From assembly GCA_049363815.1 (NCBI GenBank), contig JBMQEM010000163.1, positions 10,025-74,024 of the forward strand: DNA of 64,000 nt, read 5' to 3'. This DNA comes from Bacteroidota bacterium (GTDB lineage Bacteria > Bacteroidota > Bacteroidia > AKYH767-A > 2013-40CM-41-45). The translations under genes were made by a program, and so were the position numbers. The notes under the pieces were generated by a model. The model was not told the DNA's origin and did not search any database. It was given only the letters and a program-made list of their open reading frames with translations. Shown in pieces: positions 58,453-64,000 of the stretch (position 1 is its first letter; each line of letters starts with the position of its first letter).

Positions 58453-58522
58453 TGTTTGCCTGTTTCAGGTTTACAGTCTATAGACTACGAAGCAAACCTG
58501 TAACCTGAAACATATTTCAGGT
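58453..58522. other. Interleaved inverted repeats (mutually exclusive hairpins) between convergent genes
   Basis: gtttgc (58454-59) pairs with gcaaac (58492-97). tgtttcaggtttacag (58461-76) pairs with ctgtaacctgaaaca (58498-512). acctgaaa (58503-10) also pairs with tttcaggt (58515-22). Confidence 0.6.
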
Positions 58523-58536
58523 GAACATCCGAAGAT

Positions 58537-59748
58537 TTATTTTCCAATCCTTATCGTATGCCCCATCTTATCCCTTTTTGTCGTTAGATAGCCTTCGTTA
58601 TGTTTGTTGCCTGTAACTTCAATTGGTACAACTTCTGTGATCTCCAGACCGTATCCAATTAAGCCGGCACGTTTTTTCGGATTGTTGGTCATCAGGCGCA
58701 TTTTGGAAATGCCCAGATCGCGAATGATCTGTGCTCCTACACCATAATCACGTTCATCACTTTCAAAACCTAATTTGATATTGGCTTCCACTGTATCTAA
58801 ACCTTGTTCCTGCAATTTATAAGCTCTTAACTTATTCAACAGACCGATACCTCTACCTTCCTGATTCATATAAACGATTACACCTTTGCCTTCTTTTTCA
58901 ATCATGTCCATTGCTGCATGTAACTGGGGTCCGCAATCACACCTGCAAGAGCCAAAAATATCACCTGTCAGACACGATGAGTGTACACGAACCAGAACAG
59001 GTTCATCTTTTTCCCATGTTCCTTTTATCAAAGCAAGATGATCTTGTCCTGTAGTGATCTGCTTGTATGCGATCAATTCAAAAGTTCCATATTCAGTAGG
59101 AAGTTTAACATCTATTTGTCTTTCGATCAGACTTTCCTTTTGCAAGCGATATGCAATTAAATCTTCAATTGATACAATAGAGAGATCAAATTTTTTCGCG
59201 ATCTGCATCAGGTCAGGTAAACGGGCCATTGTACCATCTTCATTCATGATCTCTACAAGAGCACCGGCAGGAGAAGCTCCTGCTAATCGTGCCAGATCAA
59301 TTGTTGCTTCAGTATGTCCGGTACGACGAAGGACTCCACCTTTTTTTGCACGCAATGGAAAAATATGTCCGGGCCTGCCAAGTTCTTCCGGTTTAGTCGC
59401 AGGATTAATAAGCGCTTTAATAGTTTTTGAACGGTCGGAAGCAGAAATTCCTGTTGATGTTCCATAACCGATCAGATCCACTGAAACTGTAAATTGTGTT
59501 TCATGCGAAGAAGTATTTTGTGAGACCATGAGTGGCAGGTTTAATTCTGCACATCTTTCTTCTGTCAATGCAACACAGATCAATCCGCGACCATGTGTTG
59601 CCATAAAATTTACGATCTCAGGAGTTGCGTTTTCGGCTGTAGTGATAAAATCGCCTTCGTTTTCACGATTTGCATCATCGACAACAATGATCACTTTCCC
59701 GTTTTTAAGGTCTTTGATCGCCTGATCGATGGTATTTAGCTTGTACAT
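58537..59748 (-). CDS. ribBA: Bifunctional 3,4-dihydroxy-2-butanone-4-phosphate synthase / GTP cyclohydrolase II
   Basis: 403 aa. [11 protein letters not shown] (RibB) and [20 protein letters not shown] (RibA zinc site). Confidence 0.93.
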   Translation of the reverse strand: MYKLNTIDQAIKDLKNGKVIIVVDDANRENEGDFITTAENATPEIVNFMATHGRGLICVALTEERCAELNLPLMVSQNTSSHETQFTVSVDLIGYGTSTGISASDRSKTIKALINPATKPEELGRPGHIFPLRAKKGGVLRRTGHTEATIDLARLAGASPAGALVEIMNEDGTMARLPDLMQIAKKFDLSIVSIEDLIAYRLQKESLIERQIDVKLPTEYGTFELIAYKQITTGQDHLALIKGTWEKDEPVLVRVHSSCLTGDIFGSCRCDCGPQLHAAMDMIEKEGKGVIVYMNQEGRGIGLLNKLRAYKLQEQGLDTVEANIKLGFESDERDYGVGAQIIRDLGISKMRLMTNNPKKRAGLIGYGLEITEVVPIEVTGNKHNEGYLTTKRDKMGHTIRIGK

Positions 59749-59768
59749 AGATTTATTCTTTCCGGAGG

Positions 59769-59776
59769 CAAAGTTA
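59769..59776 (-). promoter_or_regulatory. Candidate proximal -7 box (TAACTTTG) for ribBA
   Basis: The minus strand reads TAACTTTG, 20 nt upstream of the ATG at 59748. Confidence 0.45.
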
Positions 59777-59930
59777 ATAAACTTCAGTGAATGGCGATTA
59801 ATCCCGAAAATACATGGTATTCAGTGATTAAAGTCACTTTTATTACATGGCCAAACAATGCCGGCTGAAAATAAATCGCCTAATCAAGCTTGAATTCAGG
59901 ATTGTTGGCACACAAATTAAATCAATCTTT

Positions 59931-59938
59931 CAAATGTA
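59931..59938 (-). promoter_or_regulatory. Second, distal TAnnTTTG match (TACATTTG) on the ribBA strand
   Basis: Perfect match about 180 nt upstream of the ribBA ATG. It could be a chance occurrence. Confidence 0.25.
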
Positions 59939-60021
59939 AGATTTGGTCTGCTAGTGAACTACTACCGCTTTACGAAGCCTGTATATTGCACTCATAACCT
60001 AAACAGCATATGGTTTAACTC

Positions 60022-60086
60022 CAGCCCCGTAAGGCTGACTTCAAACGCTGATAAGCCCCGTAAGGCTTTCAGCGTTTGTTTATTTT
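60022..60086. terminator. Two hairpins sharing the 14-mer AGCCCCGTAAGGCT; the second is nested in a 9-bp outer stem and followed by a T-rich tract on the plus strand
   Basis: cagcc-ccgtaa-ggctg (60022-37). aaacgctga...tcagcgttt (60043-77) encloses aagcc-ccgtaa-ggctt, then gtttatttta follows. It lies just downstream of the stop of the 60120..60671 gene. Confidence 0.5.
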
Positions 60087-60119
60087 ATACCCTTTTCAAA
60101 AAAAACAATTATGCTGTCC

Positions 60120-60671
60120 TTATAAGGTTGTTCTCATTGCCGGATCGAACATTCCTGTCAAAATAAGCAGCCACAATAAAGTACCGACAACGATCAAAGT
60201 GATCTGTCTGCCTGTGAAATAATCAAGATGGGTCACTTTGATCTCAGAAGAATTTTCTTTCGCATAATTAAATGCCCTGAATGCAGGAAGAAGGAATGTA
60301 AAATTCATCAAGCCTATCAGATAATAAGGTTCCGGTAAACGTGAGCACATACTGGATACGATGTAACCAAGATACATTCCTGTTACAGAAAAATCCTTTG
60401 CGTACCCTTTTGAAGAAGCATATCCCAAAATGCGATTCAACAGACCATGAAGGAAGAAAATTGTAAAGATCGCACGGGCAGCAGGAATGATATCAAGATT
60501 TTCACGCTCTTTGAAAAATTTCCAGGCTTTGTATTTCCACCAGACCTGATACATCCCCAGACTAATAAAACACAGGAACATAAATTTATTTTCACTGATC
60601 AGAAATTCTTCCTCTTTTGAATTGTCGGGTACTGAAAATTCATTGTCTAAAATTTCTTTGTTCTGATCCAT
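60120..60671 (-). CDS. Hypothetical membrane protein (DUF4234-like)
   Basis: 183 aa, about 4 TM. SLGMYQVWWKYKAWKFF resembles the GIY..YW motif of the DUF4234 family. Weak call. Confidence 0.45.
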   Translation of the reverse strand: MDQNKEILDNEFSVPDNSKEEEFLISENKFMFLCFISLGMYQVWWKYKAWKFFKERENLDIIPAARAIFTIFFLHGLLNRILGYASSKGYAKDFSVTGMYLGYIVSSMCSRLPEPYYLIGLMNFTFLLPAFRAFNYAKENSSEIKVTHLDYFTGRQITLIVVGTLLWLLILTGMFDPAMRTTL

Positions 60672-60731
60672 CTGTTCTTTTAAAAAGTATCATTTAAACT
60701 GATGGCGAATATAGATTAAATGTATCAATAC

Positions 60732-60764
60732 AAAAAGACCATTGCCCTAACATGGACAATGGTC
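60732..60764 (-). terminator. Intrinsic terminator ending the rhodanese operon
   Basis: On the minus strand, gaccattg-tccatgttaggg-caatggtc is followed by TTTTT. Confidence 0.7.
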
Positions 60765-60787
60765 AATTTAGATTTGTTTCAACAAGT

Positions 60788-61102
60788 TCAGATCCTGGAT
60801 CTCAACGAACTCCAGCCCCCACCGTTGTGTACCTGCGTATAGCCATTTGATTTCAGAATACTCAAAGCTGAAGCGCTTCGCATTCCTGAAGCACAACAGG
60901 TAATGATTGGCTTGTTTTTATCAGGAAACTTACTCAGGTTTTTTGAAAGTTGATCGACAGGAATATTGACGGATCCTTTGATATGTCCACCGGCATATTC
61001 TCCTTTTGTCCGTACATCCAGCACGATCGCACCTTGCTGAACCAGTTCAGCATAATCAACCTTGGCTCCAAGTCCAAGCATATTTTTTATTGTATCAAAC
61101 AT
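60788..61102 (-). CDS. Rhodanese-like sulfurtransferase (single domain)
   Basis: 104 aa with LDVRTKGEYAGGHIKGSVNIP and active-site loop CCASGMRS. Confidence 0.82.
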   Translation of the reverse strand: MFDTIKNMLGLGAKVDYAELVQQGAIVLDVRTKGEYAGGHIKGSVNIPVDQLSKNLSKFPDKNKPIITCCASGMRSASALSILKSNGYTQVHNGGGWSSLRSRI

Positions 61103-61114
61103 ATTTGTTTTTTT

Positions 61115-61399
61115 TTAAGCAGTTTGTGAAATTACGTATTCAACATCAAGCCATGAACCGGCATTGTGGCAATCAACTCCGAGTTGCCTCAGAAACAAAT
61201 GCGCTTGACCACTCCGCCCGCCTGATGCACAACAGAGTATCAACGGCGCTTTAAGTGCCTTGATTTCCTCTATCCTGGAAGGCAATTCATGCAGGGGGAT
61301 GTTCAATGAACCTTTTGCATGTCCACCTGAAAACTCCGATTCTGACCTGACATCGAGAATCGTTCCTTGATTTTCTTTGATCAATTTTTCAATAGTCAT
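61115..61399 (-). CDS. Rhodanese-like sulfurtransferase (single domain, paralogue)
   Basis: Start set at MTIEKLIKENQGTILDVRSESEFSGGHAKGSLNIP. Active-site loop CCASGGRS. The listed longer ORF overlaps the upstream gene. Confidence 0.82.
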   Translation of the reverse strand: MTIEKLIKENQGTILDVRSESEFSGGHAKGSLNIPLHELPSRIEEIKALKAPLILCCASGGRSGQAHLFLRQLGVDCHNAGSWLDVEYVISQTA

Positions 61400-61410
61400 T
61401 TTTATTTGTT

Positions 61411-61605
61411 TTAATTTTTTTTCTTTTGAAAGATATTTAAGAACAAGCCACCCATTAATCCACCATACAATGTACTGTTGATAGGTTTTGACGTGATGGC
61501 ACAGGTTCCTGAAAGACATCCGACATAAGTGTAATAAAGGTAACCTGCAATTGCGCCCAACAGGATTCCTGCTATTGTCAGATAGTTATTTTTAATTAAA
61601 TTCAT
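61411..61605 (-). CDS. DUF6132-like small membrane protein
   Basis: 64 aa with YYTYVGCLSGTCAITSKPINSTLYGGLMGG, the CxSGTC motif I associate with DUF6132 proteins found next to rhodanese/TauE genes. Confidence 0.6.
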   Translation of the reverse strand: MNLIKNNYLTIAGILLGAIAGYLYYTYVGCLSGTCAITSKPINSTLYGGLMGGLFLNIFQKKKN

Positions 61606-61624
61606 TTAGATGTTGTTTATGAAA

Positions 61625-62047
61625 TTACTTTTGAAACCACATTTTTACTGCAATCATTACCAGTACTCCTGCAAAAATCTTTTTTAGCAGATCCTGTGAA
61701 ATCTGTGTCGCAAACTTTGCACCGAAATATCCACCAACGAAAAAGAAAGCTGCCATGATCAGGGATGCTTTTACGTCCACAAATCCTTTCTGATAATATT
61801 GGAATGCTGCCAAAGCACCGACGGGAAGAACCATCATGATCAATGCTGTGCCCTGAGCCATTTGCTGGGAGTAGCCAAGTAACATGACCAGTGCAGGAAT
61901 GATGATGATCGCCCCGCCCAACCCAAGCATTCCTCCCAGAAGACCGGAAATAATTCCGATCAGTGCAATGAGTATGATTGTATGTAGAGCCAATGGTCTG
62001 ATTTCTTGTGTACAAAGATCCGGATTGATCAGGCATCCTACAGTCAC
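61625..62047 (-). CDS. Half-size TauE/SafE family sulfite/anion exporter (start uncertain, possibly an internal TTG)
   Basis: About 4 TM, GLLGGMLGLGGAIIIIPALV, typical of TauE/SafE. The overlapping 61617..62036 ORF is an alternative frame and is rejected. Confidence 0.68.
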   Translation of the reverse strand: MTVGCLINPDLCTQEIRPLALHTIILIALIGIISGLLGGMLGLGGAIIIIPALVMLLGYSQQMAQGTALIMMVLPVGALAAFQYYQKGFVDVKASLIMAAFFFVGGYFGAKFATQISQDLLKKIFAGVLVMIAVKMWFQK

Positions 62048-62071
62048 ATTTGTTACACAGAAAAAAATATA

Positions 62072-62707
62072 TCAGGCCAGCTTTTTATCCAGCAAGGTAA
62101 TTTTGTGGCGTCCAAGTGCAACCATACCTTCATCTTCCATCTGTTTCAGAAGCCTGGAAATTACGACCCTCACCGTACCTAATTCATTGGCAAGTTGTTC
62201 GTGAGTTACTAAAATGACGGAGCTATTAGCCATTTCTGCTTTTTTCCGGAGAAAGCTCAATAACCGCTCATCCATTTTTTTAAATGCAACATCATTTACG
62301 ACTTCCAGTAATTCTTCAAAGCGGCGGTGATAAAGACGGAAAATATAATCGAGCCATTCAGGATATTCGCGGATCAATTCATTGACCTTATCGATCGGTA
62401 TGAATAAAATTTCCGTAGATTCTTCGGCAATCGCTTTGACCTTACTCGTGTCATTATGTATGCCTCCAAGAAATGACATGATACAACTTTCACCGGGTCT
62501 GATATAATACAGAAGGATCTCTCTTCCATCCTCATCGGTACGGATAACTTTGATACTTCCGCTGACAACAATTGGAATTGCTTTTATGTATGCGTTCTCA
62601 TTCAGGATGACATCATCCTCAGAAAACTTTTTGGTAAATCCATATTTCTTAAGCTTCTCCTTGATTTCAGGTGTTGAATTAAATTCGATAAGGTCATTGG
62701 TTTCCAT
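62072..62707 (-). CDS. Crp/Fnr family transcriptional regulator
   Basis: 211 aa with a cNMP-binding-like beta-barrel and a C-terminal HTH (THEQLANELGTVRVVISRLLKQMEDEG). There is no N-terminal FNR Cys cluster. Confidence 0.85.
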   Translation of the reverse strand: METNDLIEFNSTPEIKEKLKKYGFTKKFSEDDVILNENAYIKAIPIVVSGSIKVIRTDEDGREILLYYIRPGESCIMSFLGGIHNDTSKVKAIAEESTEILFIPIDKVNELIREYPEWLDYIFRLYHRRFEELLEVVNDVAFKKMDERLLSFLRKKAEMANSSVILVTHEQLANELGTVRVVISRLLKQMEDEGMVALGRHKITLLDKKLA

Positions 62708-62760
62708 ACTGTAAAACTAAGCAAATAACCCGTTAGTGGAAATAATCCTTTTCAATTAAA

Positions 62761-63060
62761 TCACTGCTTTTCCCTGAGCTTAAAAATAGAATCAATTTTA
62801 GATGCCAGCTCGAAATCCTTCAGACTCACTCCACCGGCATCATGGGTACTAAGAGAGATCATTACTTTATTATAGACGTTTTCCCAATTCGGATGATGAT
62901 TCATTTTCTCTGCTTTCATTGCTACAGCAGTCATGAAAGTAAAAGCCTCAACAAAGTCTTTGAATTGAAATTCTTTCCTGATAAAATCGCCTTCATTGGA
63001 CCAACCCTGCTCGATCAGACTGAGGTTTTCCAGAATTTCCTGTTTGGTGAGTTTTTCCAT
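62761..63060 (-). CDS. 4a-hydroxytetrahydrobiopterin dehydratase (PCD/DCoH)
   Basis: 99 aa with [43 protein letters not shown]. Confidence 0.85.
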   Translation of the reverse strand: MEKLTKQEILENLSLIEQGWSNEGDFIRKEFQFKDFVEAFTFMTAVAMKAEKMNHHPNWENVYNKVMISLSTHDAGGVSLKDFELASKIDSIFKLREKQ

Positions 63061-63170
63061 AATTATAATTTAAAATATTAATTTGAATACGACTATGTGA
63101 CATGAACCTGACAACATATTTGGATGAATGAGCTAGATTTAATTATTGAATTATTTTAAACGACACATCT

Positions 63171-63878
63171 ATGAGAACAATTACAACACAAACTTCAGTT
63201 CGGATGATTGTTTTTTTCATTCTTATTGTTCTTTCCAACACAAGTTATGGAAAAAACAAACTAACAATAACAGTATCCGAAAAAGAAACCGGTGACCTCA
63301 TTCCCTTTACACTTGTTTCTGTAAACGATAAGGCAAATAGCAAGCCATTTGGTATAACTGATATTGGTGGAACATTTTCTACAACAGAACTTGAAATTGG
63401 TCAAAGGATCACGATCAGTTCACTTGGTTACACCCCTGTTGAAGTTGTAATTCCCAAAAACAAACTGAAAGTTTCCGTTGAATTAAAGAAAGGAATAGAA
63501 TTAAAGGAGCTTACAGTTACGGCAGCTTATGTACCGCTCATTGGATGCGGAGTAAGATGTGTGGGCGTTGACATCTCTAATTGTTTTGGTTGTTGTCATA
63601 CCACCAAGACCGTTACGGATCCGATTGATCAGCGAGTAAAGAGTGAGATTATTTCCATGAAGATCTACCCCAATCCCGGCCGTGGTTCTGTACGGATCAG
63701 TTCAGGTCTGGAAAATTACATAATTGAAGTCTTTGACTGCACAGGTAAACTTGTTATGAATTTCAGGAATGGAAATGATGAGCAGTTAATAGACCTTCAG
63801 GAACTCAATGCAGGAATTTACTTCTGCAGGATCACAAAAGATTCTATAATTCAAACAAGCAGATTGGTGATCAATTGA
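63171..63878 (+). CDS. Small T9SS cargo: CarboxypepD_reg-like domain, Cys-rich linker, CTD
   Basis: Signal peptide; LTITVSEKETGDLIPFTLVSVND...ISSLGYTPVEV; LIGCGVRCVGVDISNCFGCCH; IYPNPGRGSVRISS...AGIYFCRI. Confidence 0.65.
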   Translation: MRTITTQTSVRMIVFFILIVLSNTSYGKNKLTITVSEKETGDLIPFTLVSVNDKANSKPFGITDIGGTFSTTELEIGQRITISSLGYTPVEVVIPKNKLKVSVELKKGIELKELTVTAAYVPLIGCGVRCVGVDISNCFGCCHTTKTVTDPIDQRVKSEIISMKIYPNPGRGSVRISSGLENYIIEVFDCTGKLVMNFRNGNDEQLIDLQELNAGIYFCRITKDSIIQTSRLVIN

Positions 63879-64000
63879 TCTTTTCAACCATAACAGCAGT
63901 ACCATAAGCAAGTACTTCCGTGAGTCCGCTCATAACTTCATTTGCATCGTATCGCATGTTTATGATTGCATTTGCGCCAATTTCCTTTCCATTTTTGATC
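63871..64000 (-). CDS. YbjQ/UPF0145 family protein, C-terminal part (5' end outside the window)
   Basis: The reverse strand reads ...IKNGKEIGANAIINMRYDANEVMSGLTEVLAYGTAVMVEKIN*, matching the YbjQ C-terminus. Its stop at 63871-63873 overlaps the end of the convergent gene. Confidence 0.7.
   Translation of the reverse strand, partial: IKNGKEIGANAIINMRYDANEVMSGLTEVLAYGTAVMVEKIN

Noticed and set aside
59886-59897. Adjacent HindIII and EcoRI sites (AAGCTTGAATTC), reminiscent of a cloning-vector junction.
   Set aside because: There is no flanking vector-like sequence such as other polylinker sites, lacZ or primer sites. It is a single 12-mer noticed post hoc and is most simply coincidence.
59749-59940. 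An FMN (RFN) riboswitch was expected upstream of ribBA.
   Set aside because: I read the minus strand base by base. None of the conserved RFN core segments is present. Only a 7-bp ggcgatt/aatcgcc pairing and a 5-bp hairpin are seen, and a good -7 box sits 20 nt from the ATG. A covariance-model scan would settle it.
59954-60166. 70-aa GTG-start ORF in the ribBA upstream gap.
   Set aside because: It crosses both hairpins and continues antisense into the 60120..60671 gene. It is more likely noncoding structured DNA.
61617-62036. 139-aa ORF overlapping the TauE gene on the same strand in another frame.
   Set aside because: Its translation is His/Arg/Gly/Ser-rich with no TM segments. The 61625..62047 frame gives a clean TauE/SafE-like membrane protein.

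Overview
This window reads as an ordinary chromosomal segment of a Bacteroidota genome. Three things support that: eight proteins end in T9SS-type C-terminal sorting domains; the rpmB/rpmG/DUF4295/ftsY/rimO and bamD/rpoZ/coaBC/DUF4835 neighbourhoods are typical of the phylum; and many genes are preceded by TAnnTTTG -7 boxes with no Shine-Dalgarno sequence. About 62 protein genes and one tRNA(CAT) are supported. Most are housekeeping: translation, ClpB, RecQ, Fmt, RibBA, CoaBC, YchF, thiolase, LptF/G and a GT4 glycosyltransferase. They are interspersed with secreted beta-propeller/LVIVD cargo proteins.

I found no rRNA, CRISPR array, transposase, integrase, phage genes or recognisable defence system, and I cannot point to a convincing new multi-gene system. 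The most unusual items are:
- A 7-nt tandem repeat (TATTCGT family) at two loci 33 kb apart. One copy is folded into a ~32-bp perfect hairpin with unequal arms.
- An SBBP-propeller/LVIVD two-gene T9SS cargo operon with a distant paralogue.
- A T9SS protein consisting of a signal peptide and CTD only.
- A Crp/Fnr-headed TauE/DUF6132/double-rhodanese sulfur operon.
- An AT-rich orphan gene beside the tRNA, next to two small ORFs with an operator-like palindrome.
- A ~340-nt noncoding region upstream of ribBA with duplicated hairpins and no FMN riboswitch.

All protein calls rest on motifs I recognise by eye in the supplied translations. No database search was run. All coordinates of small elements were hand-indexed.
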